Origin: the human T2T-CHM13v2.0 reference genome, Homo sapiens | Length of the DNA stretch: 64,000 nt | Assembly (NCBI RefSeq): GCF_009914755.1 | Contig: NC_060933.1 | Strand: one strand, 5' to 3' | In this document: one piece after another, positions 18,391-39,433 of the stretch | Position numbering within the stretch: position 1 is the stretch's first letter | Layout of the letters: each line of letters starts with the position of its first letter | The notes under the pieces: generated by a model | What the model was told of the DNA's origin: nothing | Databases searched by the model: none | The model's input: the letters and a program-made list of their open reading frames with translations, nothing else | Position numbers and translations under genes: made by a program

Positions 18391-18900
18391 GTGAGTGTCT
18401 GCCAGCCGGCCGGGCAGCCTGCAACCTGGTCTAGGGCCTTCCCTTTCCCCACCCAGGAGAGCTCTGGTGCTGGGGAGGTGGGCAGACCTGCTGGGAGGCC
18501 TCTCTCAGCCCCTCCTACAAGGCTCGGCAACTGGCAGCCTTGAGGGCAAACTGTGCCACTGAAGAACCTCAGCTGGAGGGACCCTGAGGGGGCAAAGGCC
18601 CCGGATCAGACCCTGTGGGCTACCAGGGGCAGTGCTGGGTACCACCCACCTCCTCCTAGGACTGAGGAATGTGATCTGCGTGCTGAAGCCTTCTGCTGAG
18701 CTGGGGCAGAGGTTTCCGTCTCCACCACCCCCCATTCTCTCCGACCTTGTCAACACCCTCAGATGAAAGTCGAGAGCAAAGGGGCAGTGCTCAGCAAGAT
18801 ACACCTGACAGAGAACGCTCAATGATGCCAGCTGCTGTCATTATTGTGCTAATTAAATACAGAGTAATTCTGGAAGAAAGTGTAAAATAATAAAAATAAT

Positions 18901-19275
18901 AGCCAGGTGTGATGGCTCAGATCTGTAATCTCAGCACTTTGGGAAGCCAAGGCAGGTGGATCACTTGACGTCAGGAGTTTGAGACCAGCCTGGCCAACAT
19001 GGCAAAACCCCATCTCTACTAAAAATACAAAAACTAGCCAGGTGTGGTGGTGCACAGTTCTCCTGCCTGGTGGTTCACATGATTCTCCTGCTTCAGCCTC
19101 CCGAGTAGCTGGGATTACAGGCACACACCACCACACCCAGCTAATTTTTTGTATCTTTAGTAGAGATGGGGTTTCGCCATGTTGGCCAGGCTGGTCTTGA
19201 ACTCCTGACCTCATGATCCACCCGCCTTGACTTCCCAAAGTGCTGGGATTACAGGCGTGAGCCACTGAGCCCAGC
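18901..19275. mobile_element. Fused inverted Alu pair (+ part 18901-19057, - part ~19072-19275)
   Basis: Alu orientation flips abruptly at ~19057-19072. Confidence 0.85.
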
Positions 19276-19462
19276 TGTAAGGTTCTTATACTAGATGAAG
19301 GTAGACTGTGATAAATTAAAGACATACTATAAACCCTAAAGCACCTGTTAAAGTCAACAAACAAACAAGAAAACAAAAGACTGTCAGTGAATAAGACAAC
19401 AAATAAACTGAAAAGATTGTTTTAAAAACTAAATTCAAAAGAAGACCAGTAAGAGGGAAAGG

Positions 19463-19884
<422 letters not shown>

Positions 19885-19903
19885 TCATTCAAGAGACATT
19901 TGC

Positions 19904-20200
<297 letters not shown>

Positions 20201-20913
20201 AGAGAGAGAGAGAATTGCTGAACGCCCACTAAGTGCCAGGCACCATTCTGGGTGCGGCCTCATTGCTGAATAATGCGGGCAGAAACCCCAACTCCGTGGA
20301 GTGCCTGCTTGGTGAGAAGACTCCCTTGTAGAACTCTGTGAGGGTCAGAGACGATGGATGGGAGGTCCTGCCAGGAGGAGGCGCTCAGGAAGTTTCTTCG
20401 CTGCTCCTCCCCACTCCTTCACTCCTTTCTTGTTGCTCCTCTTTCAGGCCTGGGTGTTTGGGGAGCTTCATTCTCTCATTCCACAGATATGCCTGCAGTG
20501 CCCCGCCTGGCCTGTGCTGAGCCTGGTCCAGGTTTGTTGAATGCAGACGTGCTCAGAGAGGTCATTCCGGCTGCTGGTCACTGGGAACTCCGTTGCATCT
20601 GCCTCGGGCCCAGGTGCCCCCCTTTCACTGGAGCATCAGCGAAGAGCAGTCACCCCCCTCCCCGCCCTGGGTATGGCAGGCCCAGGCTGCAGAGCTTTCT
20701 TCGTGAAACAGGAGCTAAACATGATCAAGATCTTGCCACGTCCCAGGCAGGAGTCTCACCACACTGCTGGTGTCATCTCATGAGACTGCACAACAAACCT
20801 TCGCAGCAGGTCCCCGAGTGTACCCTTTCACAGCTATGGACAGGACCCAAAAGTCTGAGTCGAGCGTGTGTGTCACTACCCTGTATGTGGATTCACAGCC
20901 TCTGGCTATCTTA

Positions 20914-21666
<753 letters not shown>

Positions 21667-21754
21667 TTACAGGGACTCCGTCCCTGGGGAAACTTCCCAC
21701 GTGTCAGAACCTTCCCTTCCTTTGTTTGAGAAAACAAAAAATTCTTCCTCTCTT

Positions 21755-21860
21755 GACCAGGAGCAGTGGCTCACGCTGGTAATCCCAGCACTTTGGGAGG
21801 CCGAGACAGGAGAATTGCTTGAGGCCAGGAGTTCAAGACCAACATAGCAAGATCCCATCT
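21755..21860 (+). mobile_element. Alu monomer fragment
   Basis: Left-arm-like sequence. Confidence 0.75.
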
Positions 21861-21969
21861 GTTTATAGATCTATATCTATGTATCATCTCTCTATATAGT
21901 ACATGTAATATGTATATAATATATAATAATCATATATATAATTCTTCCTTTTTTGCGGGGGGAGGGGGT

Positions 21970-22424
<455 letters not shown>

Positions 22425-23040
22425 AATTCTTCCTTTCTTGAATGCCCTTTTCTGCCATCCTAATTTTCCCATCGTTCAGGGTCAAGGTTGATGCTCACCT
22501 TCCCCAGTAAGCCCTCCCTGATGTCTTCCCAATTCCTGTGGGGTAAGCAGGGCAGCTCAGTGGCTGAAGGCACATGCGTCACAGCCAGGAAGCCCTGGTT
22601 TTCGCTCTGACCCCACTGCTTCTGGCTGACCCTGGAGAAGCCATCCACGCTGAGCTGCAGAAGGGCCACTACAGCCTGTGTGCAGCCCTCACAAGGCGTA
22701 TACGGGAATTACTGCAGCGATACGGGGGATTCCTCGAGGAGCTCACTGAGCATGCAGGTGTTACACCCCAGAGCGCGCTGAAATCATTCAAATGAGCCAA
22801 GCCTAAGCCTCCCTACCGCCTCGCCCACCCCCTCCCATGGAAACCACATTACGGGCTTCACCCACAGTTCTGCCCTCTCCTGCCTCCTGACCGACTCCAG
22901 CACTTCCCCGTGTGGCCCTGTGTGGCTTGGGGTACCCCTTCTCCTGGAAACTGTCGTAAACTATCCTTTCAATGGCAATTATCTCCTGATCTGGTGGCCT
23001 TACTGAACCTCAAATTTTCAATAAATACGTTGTTTTTTAA

Positions 23041-23205
23041 GCCAGGCTTAATAGCATGCACTTGTGGTCTCAGCTACTTGGGAGGCTGAGGTGGGAGGAT
23101 CGCTTGAGGCCAGGAGTTTGTGGCCGCAGTGCAGTATAATTGCACCTGTGAAGAGCCACTGCACTCCAGCCTGGGCAACGCAGGGAGACCCTGTGTCCAA
23201 AAAAT
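23041..23205 (+). mobile_element. Old Alu monomer
   Basis: Monomeric Alu sequence. Confidence 0.75.
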
Positions 23206-23717
23206 AATTATTATATTTTAAAGACAAGCAGACTATGCATGGAGTCCCGAGGGTGAACAGGTGTCGGGGGGCAGCGGGAGCGTGGAGAAAGCCGGGAGGA
23301 GGTGGGAACAGGAAACCCTCAGGGTCACACCCCAGAAGGAGAAGGCCCTAGCCTGAATGGGACTGCTGGGAAGGGGCTGAACACCAGCAGGGAGTGGAGC
23401 TGCGGAAACACACACGGAAGTGGGGCATGGGTGCTGGGTGGACACTCCACTTCCAGATAAGAGGGGATCTTGTGGATGGTGGTGGAGGCGCTCCTGGCCC
23501 TACTGGGCTCCGGCACTCAGCCTGCCCTGCCACAGAGGCAGCCCATACTAGAGGCTACTGCACGTCAGGAGAGGGGCAGGCTCAAAACCAGAAAAGTTAT
23601 ACTCTGGGCTCTGCCAGCCCCACCCTCCCAATCCAGGAAACCCAATTCATCCAAATATGAGTATCAATATCCACCCAAAGATACCAGAAGGGAAAAAAGA
23701 AACCTAAAAGGAGCGGG

Positions 23718-23881
23718 TGGCCAGTGCAGTGCTCACTCCTGAATCCCAGCACTTTGGGAGGCTGAGGCGGGAGGATCGCTTAAGCCCAGGAGGTCAAGAC
23801 TGCAGTGAGTTGTGACTATGTCACTGCACTCCAGCCCAGGCAACAAAGCAAGACCCTGTCTCAAAAACAAACAAACAAAAA
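23718..23881 (+). mobile_element. Old Alu monomer
   Basis: Monomeric Alu sequence with (CAAA)n tail. Confidence 0.75.
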
Positions 23882-24335
23882 GGGAACAGCAAGACTTCCC
23901 TGCGATGAAGAAAACACAGAGAAAACCACTGCCACAAAGCCAAGTGAAAGTGGCAAGCCAGCGGGCAGCCCCATGATGCAGCTGGGGAAGTGGCCAGGGG
24001 AGTGGCTGCAGCGGAAATGGCCATGGGGAACTCTGCAGCCCCAGGAAGAACAGGTGGACAGGTGCTGGTGGAACTTAGGAAGGACTGGAAGCAAAGGCCA
24101 CAGACACAAGTCTAGAGATGCTGTGGAAAGTGCAGCCAGGAAGAAACAGGGACGTGAAGAGGCACAACAGCAGCAGAGCAAGCAGGCAGGAGAGGCGGTG
24201 GCGGGGGAGGCAGCAGCAGGGGAAGCAGCGGTGGGGAGGCAGCAGCAGGCAGGTCCTTGGCTGGCAGGGCAGAGCCAAGACAGGACAGACTCCAAGGTAG
24301 AAGTCCAGACAACTTTGCTAAAACAAACGAATTGA

Positions 24336-24600
24336 GGCGGAGCATTACTGCTGAGCTTTGCCTCCTGTCAGATCAGCGGTGGCATTAGATCTTCATAGAA
24401 GTGCAAACCCTACTGTGAACTGCGCATGCGAGGGATCTAGGTTGCTCACTCCTAATGAAAATCTAATGCCTGATGATCTGAAGTGGCACAGTTTCATCCC
24501 CAAACCATCCCTCCCACCACCCCTACTGTCCATGGAAAAATTGTCTTCCAAGAAACCAGTCACTGGGGCAAAAAATGTTGGTCAAAAGTACCGCTGTACT
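24336..24600 (+). mobile_element. MER1-type hAT-Charlie DNA transposon fragment
   Basis: cctcctgtcagatcagcggtggcattagat...atggaaaaattgtcttcc...aaaccagtc resembles MER1B (from memory). Confidence 0.7.
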
Positions 24601-24713
24601 AGAGAGTGAATTTTAGTTAACTGAGAGATGATCACAGATAGTAAGAGGAACAGGGAGTGAGCACTCACATATTCAACTAGAGGACAGGGACCGAGATAAA
24701 AACAGCAGCAAGT

Positions 24714-25112
24714 TGTGATGGGTACGTACAGTGTGTTCCCTGCCAAATCCACACACTGATGTCTTAACCCCAAGCACCACAGAACGTGACCTTGTTTGGA
24801 AATGGTGTCACTGCAAATGTTATTAGTTAAGATGAGGTCACTGAGGTGGGCTCTAATCCAATGTGACTGGTGTCCTTATTATAAGAAGAGGCAATCAGGA
24901 CCCACAGACAGGCACAGGGGGAAGATGAGAGGATGCTGTTTGCAGGCCAAGGACAGCACCCAGGAACAGCCTTCACTCAGGGTCCTCAGAAGAAACCAAC
25001 CCTGCTGATGTCTGGACTGGACCCCTGCCCTCCAGAGCTGTGAACAATGAATTCCTCTCACCTAAGCTGCTCTGCGGTGCTTTGTTAACGGCAGCCCTAG
25101 CAAACTCATACA
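24714..25112 (+). mobile_element. MaLR (MLT1-type) solo LTR
   Basis: TG...CA ends; gtgaccttgtttggaaat, ctctaatccaatg..actggtgtccttat and gcagccctagcaaact motifs. Confidence 0.7.
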
Positions 25113-25306
25113 CAAAGGTAACAGAATGTGTAAAAAAACAATTTTACAAAGGCAGCTATAACAGTATGAGACAAGAAAGCAGAGAGAGGATGGAAAATAG
25201 AATCACCCTGCTGATTCCTTCATATTATAGTTGGATTCTAAAGACATCACTTAATGCTGACAAACTGAGAAGTTTAGCATATTAAAGAGGACAGAGGCAA
25301 ATACTA

Positions 25307-25752
<446 letters not shown>

Positions 25753-25879
25753 TTAAGGGTATGAACAGTAAGTAGCAACTAGACCCAAAAAAAATCAAGC
25801 CTTCCTAAAAACCAGAAGAGCTACATTTTTTAAGAGCAAATGCAGATTAAGTAATGACTATATGTAGTAAATGTGAAAT

Positions 25880-26460
<581 letters not shown>

Positions 26461-26589
26461 ACAAGTCCTTTATTATACTGTATGTTTTACAAATATTTTC
26501 TCCCACTGTGAGCCTTTTTATCTGTTTTCCTAATTTTTAATTTTTGATGAAGTGCAATAATTGACAGAATGAATAGATAGAAAATTGGC

Positions 26590-26910
<321 letters not shown>

Positions 26911-27590
26911 TTGGCAAGGATACAGAACTTGAACTCCACTGGACCTGACATTAAAACACTTGACTCAACAAGAGCAGAAAACATTCTTCTCGAGCACACA
27001 CAGAACATTTACCAGGAGAGACCACAGTCTGGGCTATGAAACAAACCCTGTTAACTTCAAAAAGATTCAAGTGGTTTTTTGTTGTTTTTTGATACACGGT
27101 CTCACTCTGTTGCCCAGGCTGGAGTGCAGTGGCAGGAACATGGCTCACTGCAGCCTCAACCTCCTGGGCTCAAGTGATCCTCCCACCTCAGCTTTCTGAG
27201 TAGCTGGGACTATAGGCATAGGCGTGGGCAACCGCCCCAGGGTGATTTTTTAAATTTTTTTGTAGAGACAGGGTCTCGCTGCATTGCCCAGGCTGACCTC
27301 AATCTCCTGGGCTCAAATGATCCTCCTGCCTCAGCCTCCCAGTATCGGGATTACAGGTGTGAGCCACCACGCCCCAGCCAAGGACTCAAGTTATACAAAG
27401 TATGTTCTCTGACCACAATGAAATTCAACTAGAAATCAGTAACAGAAAGATCTCTGGTAAATTCCCAAATATTTGGAAACTAAATGACATACCTTTAAAT
27501 AACTCATTAGCCAAAGAATAAATCAAAGGGAAATTAGCAAGTATTTTGAACTGAATGAAAACACAACATATGAAAATTCGTCAGGTATCA
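26911..27590 (+). mobile_element. Old L1 ORF2 endonuclease-region fragment interrupted by an antisense Alu (27075-27380)
   Basis: FSDHNEIQLEI-like translation at ~27404-27436. Confidence 0.7.
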
Positions 27591-28752
27591 CAAAAGCAGA
27601 CTGAACTTTTTAGACCTTACAAATGCATGACTGTCCCCCTTGCCTCTGATCTTCTGCCTGGGGTCTGCCTTTCCCCAATCTTTGCTCACTATACTGAATC
27701 CTACATGACACAGTCAACCTATGAAGAAATCCAGAGATAGACTCTCTAAAATAAATGGATTTGGGAATAGCAGCTTATCTGGAATACTGCAACCGTTGAG
27801 GATGGTCTTGCAGTGAGTCCTGTTATTGGTCTGTTTGTAGAAATGTCTTGTGGTAAGTCCTGTTGCAGGAATGTGTGCGTGAGGGCTGCTTCATCACCTC
27901 CGACTGTTTTAGTTTGACATAAGTGACTCCATTTTGGTACCGGCAACGTTCACAACTTTCCATGTGACTTCAGCACCCTGCACCCCGATCCTTTCCCTGG
28001 CCACTTTGCAGGACCACTACCTATGAGACTATGGGTTCCTTGAGAGCTAGGGCTGGGTCTCATTCGCTCCTGAAACTTTCACCCAGCAGAGTGATGGCCC
28101 ACGCCATGCATGACATGCGTTGCTCAATGACTGCATCCACTCAGCCAGTATGCCAGTCCCCACTGAGCCTCACTCTCAACCTCCCTGGCTGGCATAGGTT
28201 CCTTGTGCAGACATCCAGTGGCAGTAAAATATTGCTGGGTTCTCAGCTTCCCCCACCTGCAGCCCTCACTGGCCCACCCAGTTGTCCTGTCTCTGCTCAG
28301 GACGAGACCCCCCCCCGCCTCTTCAGTCTCTGTAGCCAGGTGATGGCAGTGGCCTTTTCCAGACCCTCACTGGCCCCTTAGTTCACTATGATGACTTCAC
28401 CTCTTGGGAACCCATGGGGATGTCTTTCCCTCCAATACATCTACATTTGCCTGACCCAGAATGTGGTTTCAAGATGGGTCCATGCCTGGCTCCAAATCCC
28501 CTTATCAGAGTAAGGAAATACCTTAATTCCTAGTTTGCTAAAAACTCGTTATAAATGGCTGTCGCGTCATTTACTGTGTTCCTGTTCTGCAACCATTGAG
28601 ATGGTCACGTGGGTTTTGCTCCTTTAATCTATTGATATGAATTACACTCTTGATTCTCTGGCATTGAAACTGCTTTGCAATTCTGAATTAAATCCAGTGT
28701 GGCACTTTGCTAAACTTGGTTTATTATTGTCTAAAATCTTGACATTGGTATT

Positions 28753-29759
28753 TGTAGGGACCAGCCCCACAGGGTCCGTGGGTCTCTCCCTCCCTGTGTG
28801 CAGCAATGAGAGAGTGTAGAAATAAAGACACAAGACAAAGAGATAAAAGAAAAGGCAGCTGGGCCCGGGAGACCACTACTACCAATGCTCGGAGACCGGT
28901 AGTGGCCCCGAATGTCTGGCTGCATTGTTACTTATTGGATACAAAGCAAAAGGGGCAGGGTAAAGAGTGTGAGTCATCTCCAATGATAGGTAAGGTCACG
29001 TGGATCACGTGTCCACTGGACAGGGTGCCCTTCCCTGCCTGGCAGCCGAGGCAGAGAGAGAGAGGAGACAGAGAGAAAGACAGCTTATGCCATTACTTCT
29101 GCATATCAGAGACTTTTAGTACTTTCACTAATTTACTACTGCTATCTAGAAGGCAGAGCCAGGTGTACAGGATGGAACATGAAGGCGGACTAGGAGCGTG
29201 ACCACTGAAGCACAGCATCACAGGGAGACGGTTAGGCCTCCAGATAACTGCGGGCAGGCCTGCCAGATGTCAGGCCCTCCACAAGAGGTGGAAGAGCAGA
29301 GTCTTCTCTAAACTCCTCCAGGGAAAGGGACACTCCCTTTCCCGGTCTGCTAAGTAGCGGGTGTTGTTCCTTGATACTTTTTGCTACTGCTAGACCATGG
29401 TCCACCTGGCAACGGGCGTCTTCCCAGACGCTGGCGTCACCGCTAGACCAAGGAGCCCTCTGGTGGCCCTGTCCGGGCATAACAGAAGGCTCGCACTCTT
29501 GTCTTCTGGTCACACCTATGTCCCCTCAGCTCCTATCTCTGTATGGCCTGGTTTTTCCTAGGCTATGATTATAGAGCGAGGATTATTATAATATTGGAAT
29601 AAAAGGTAATTGCTACAAACTAATGATTAATGATATTCATATGTAATCATATCTAAGATCTATATCTGCTGTAACTATTCTTGTTTTATATTTTATTATA
29701 CTGGAACAGCTCGTGTCCTCTGTCTCTTGCCTCGGCGCCTGGGTGGCTTGCCGCCCACA
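28753..29759 (-). mobile_element. Solo LTR13 (HERV-K family)
   Basis: 1007 bp, TG...CA termini, minus strand begins tgtgggcggcaagccacccagg; 6-bp TSD GGTATT at 28747-28752 and 29760-29765. Confidence 0.88.
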
Positions 29760-30171
29760 GGTATTTGGTAACTTCCCTTTCTCTTACCTAGTTTTGGTAT
29801 CAAAGCTAAGTTCACGAATGAAGTGTTCTCTCAATTGATTCTGTTAGAATTTGTCTACGTCTGGAATTACCTGTTCTCTATATCGTGGAACTTCCCTGTA
29901 AAACCGTCTAGGGGAACATTCTTAACTACTGACTCAATTTCATCAGTGATTACAACTCAGGCTTTCTATTACTTTTAGTCAGTTTTGGAGATTTTTCTTC
30001 CATTTACTTTGAGTTGTTCCAACTTAAGCTGCATGCTTATTTTTCTTTAGCTTTAAAAATACAGACATACAGCGTATGTGTGTATAAATGGCACTATTTA
30101 TCTGTAGATGCACATACATTTAGGGGCTATGTTTTTTTGTGCTGCTTTAGCTCTGTTCCACAAATCTTAAA

Positions 30172-30478
<307 letters not shown>

Positions 30479-31795
30479 TAGCATTTTCATTATCCTTTAG
30501 TCCCAAATATTTCTAATAGCCATTCGGAATTCTTTAACTCATAGGTAATTTATAAGTGTGTTTTAAAAATTCCAAATATGAAATGCCACTGCACTCCAGC
30601 CTGAGTGACAGAGCAAGACTCTATCTAAAAAACAAAAAAAAATAGCTCAAATTTTTTTTAATGACATTGGGATACGGTCAGATAACGACACTGATTCCTT
30701 GAAATATCTTAAGACTTCTTTTCTGGACAAAGTAGGTGGTCAGTTTCCATCCATGTTCCATATATGCATGGAAAGAGTATGTATTCTTTTCAGATACTGT
30801 TGTGTCTGTCTCTCAGCTCAAGCTCATGCTCACCTCACATCCTATCTTTCACAGGGCTTTTTCATCAGTTGCCTCTGTCTGGTAACAGTCACACCAGCTC
30901 CTGTTCAGTTACAGTCTTTGTCTCGTAACCGGAGAGTTTCATCAAAAGAATTTTATTTACAGCTTTATCATCCATATGCCACTAAAATTCACCTGTTTTC
31001 TTTCAACCTGCACTCATTTTGATTGCCTGGAACTCTGGATTTAATTCTTCCATCCCACTTTGTATCTTGCATTCACTTCACTCTCTCTCCAGCTTTTATT
31101 CTTTCTTTCTCTTTCCCTAGGTCCAATGCACTTGACCCAACTCACATGCGTGGACTCCGGGAAGGTACTGCTCCCTCCCTCCAAATTCTGAGCAGTAAAA
31201 TGCCGCCCCGGGGCACTGGGGAACAGAAAGGAATGAGACCCCAACAGGCAGAAGCCAAGAGAGCGGGGAGGAGCCATGGCGTTCTGCCCCAGGATGCACC
31301 ACGCCTGGACGTGCTCCCCCGACTCCCAGTGCCAGGTGCCCATATGCCACACCTCAGGGTTGTCCTCTGTTCGGGTGAGCTGCGGACTAACGTGGCCCGG
31401 CAGCAGAGGCCACCGTCTTCTGTCCCGTGGCTCCTGCGAACACAGGCAGTGGGGAACAGGCAGTGACTGCCCACCCCCACCGTTCCTCCTCCCTGACCCT
31501 GCAAACCTCGGGGAAGCTTTCAGGCCCGGGAAAGCAGACCAGGCCCCAGTCTCCCTCACCCTTTCCCTGGGTCTGAAGGTCCCGGATCCTGCGTTCAAGG
31601 ATGACGCTGAAACTCTCTCTTTCTCACATGGGATCTGTGATCTGGGCCCTCACAACTCAGCAGAGCACCACTGTGTCCCGCTCACATGGAGAGGCCGAGG
31701 TCTGTGGAGATCCTGGGACAGAGCCAGCGTCAAGGACTCAGAGGGTGTCCTGGAGTCTCCTAGGACGGAAGACGGCGGCCCCAGGTGGGAAAGAC

Positions 31796-36059
<4,264 letters not shown>

Positions 36060-36599
36060 GGCGGAGACCCGGGCCGTTCACGACTCACACCTTCCCCGCT
36101 GCGCGTGCGACTCTCACCACCTCCGCCGGAAACCACCACACGGGCAGGCGCGGCCAAACGAACGCCGAGCCGCCAGCCCGCGCGCTCGATTAGCCAAGCC
36201 TGACTCCGCCGGAAGCGGCGCGCGGGGCGGGGCGCACAGCATTGCGGGCCGAGGACAGCCAATCTCCGCCCGGAGTCGGTGCAGCAGGGCACCCCCGGGG
36301 CCTGGCCTCAGTGCCTCTATCACCCCGGTCCCGCACGTGTTCCTGTGCTCCCCTCACCCCCAACCCCGACACAGCAGGCGCTCATGAGTAGGGGCGAAAT
36401 GAATGAATGACCAGCAGTACATTCATTCCGTCCTTTGGAGTGGGGGGCCTCAGGTCTCAGGCGGACACAGACTGAGCGCCTGGCACGTGGCAGGCCCTAG
36501 GTTCAGTCCTAGGGGACACAAGCAGTGTGTCACACACACAGATGTGTTCTCGGCGAGTGTCTGCCGTAGAGGTGACTGATAAACCTGGCAAGCGTGTGA

Positions 36600-37078
<479 letters not shown>

Positions 37079-37346
37079 TAGGGGCAGGAGAAAAGAGAGG
37101 TCATGGCCTGAGGCTTGGGACCACCACACCCCAGTTCCTGCACTGGAAAATTACAGGCTCATTAAGGACCCAGAGCCCCTTCCAGGGCCACCCCGTTGGT
37201 AGAGAAGGGAGAACTTAAGAGTCTTAAATTACAATTTGAAAAGGTGGCTGCTGATATATATATTAGAAACAGAACTGTTGTATTTGATACAGAACTAAAC
37301 TTTCTTCCCCTAACTTCTGCCATGAGGTGATTTAAAAAAATTTTTT

Positions 37347-37628
37347 TGGCCAGGCGCAGTGGTTCACGCCTGTAATCCCAGCACTTTGGGAGGCCAAGGC
37401 GGGAGGATCACTTGAGCCCTAGAGTTGGAGACCAGCCTGGGCAACATAGTGAAACCCTGTCTCCACACACAAAAAAATTTAAAATTAGCCAAGCGTGGTG
37501 GCCGGCCCCTGTAGTCCCAACTACTCAGGAGGCTGAGAAGAGACGATTGCTTGAACCGGGGAGGCAGAGGTTACAGTGAGCCAAGATCACGCCACTGCAT
37601 TCTAGCCTGGAGTGCCAGGCTGTCTCAA
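37347..37628 (+). mobile_element. Alu
   Basis: Dimeric Alu. Confidence 0.88.
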
Positions 37629-37652
37629 GATATATGTATTTTTTTCACTTTT

Positions 37653-37751
37653 AAAAAAGGCAGTCAAATTTAGCAGTGTGGGGGTCGAATGCCAACTATA
37701 GTGACACTAAGGTTAATTAGTTCTGACATCCCACTGCCATTCAGACCAGCC
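37653..37751 (-). pseudogene. Y4 RNA (RNY4) pseudogene
   Basis: Minus strand ggctggtctgaatggcagtggga...ttagtgtcactatagttgg...ctgctaaatttgactgcctttttt matches hY4 end to end. Confidence 0.88.
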
Positions 37752-38067
37752 TAGAGGTGATGTTTCATGGAGGATAGGCGTGACGCTGCTGCTGACTCCC
37801 CTGAACTGCTGGGTATCTTAACACCATCACCTACTGAGTTCAGAATGGGCATCTGACCCCCCAAGCCCCATCTCTTCCTCTCACTGTCAACCCTTTTTTC
37901 AGTTAAAGCGGCTCCATCCTTCCAGGTGCTTGGGCCAGACCTTGAAACCACTGACTCCTTTCTTATTCCCCACATCCAATGCTTCAGCAAATCCTGTCAG
38001 CTGTGCCTTCAGAGCACCTCCAGAATCTCAGTGGACCCACTCCCATCTCATCACCACTTTGGTCCTG

Positions 38068-38800
<733 letters not shown>

Positions 38801-38876
38801 GACCTGGTCCTGTTTTAGATTTTAAGACTCCAAAATAACAACCAAATGCAACACACAATAAAAATAGGCATAAAAG

Positions 38877-39433
38877 CCTTTCAGCTGGAACCGCCACCTT
38901 CCAGTAATTCGCCAAAATGACGAACACAAAGGGAAAGAGGAGAGGCACCCAATATATGTTCTCTAGGCCTTTCAGAAAACATGCAGTTGTTCCTTTGGCC
39001 AAGTATATGCAAATTGATGAGAAAGGTGATATTGTAGATATCAAGGGAATGGGTACTGTTCAAAAAGGAATGCCCCACAAATGTCACCATGGCTAGACTG
39101 GGAGAGTCTACAGTGTTCCCCAGCATGCTGTTGGCACTGTTGTAAACAAGTAAGGGCAAGATTCTTGCCAAGAGAATGAATGTGCATATTCAGCACACTA
39201 AGCACTCTAAGAGCCGAGAGAGCTTCCTGAAACGCGTGAAGGAAAATGATCAGAAAAAGAGGGAAGCCAAAGAGAAAGGTACCTGGATTCAACTGAAGCG
39301 CCAGCCTGCTCCACCCAGAGCAGCACACTGTGAGAACCAATGGGAAGGAGCCTGAGCTGCTGGAACCTCTTCCCTATGAATTCATGGCATCGTGGGTGTT
39401 AAAAAAATAAAAGACCTCTGGACTAGAAAGAAA
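38877..39433 (+). pseudogene. RPL21 processed pseudogene
   Basis: Intronless; ATG 38917 [19 protein letters not shown]...; in-frame TAG ~39094 and indels; AATAAA, A-tail, flanking repeat AAAAATAGGCAT at 38860 and 39434. Confidence 0.93.

Noticed and set aside
22770-23035. Possible LTR fragment ending near AATAAA (similar hint at ~27750-27950)
   Set aside because: Family and boundaries could not be assigned by eye
23805-24335. 176-aa Q/A/G-rich ORF
   Set aside because: Starts inside an Alu monomer at a non-ATG codon; low-complexity CAG/GGC sequence with no homology I can recognise
37696-37710. ctatagtgacactaa, resembling an SP6 promoter
   Set aside because: It is part of the Y4 RNA pseudogene
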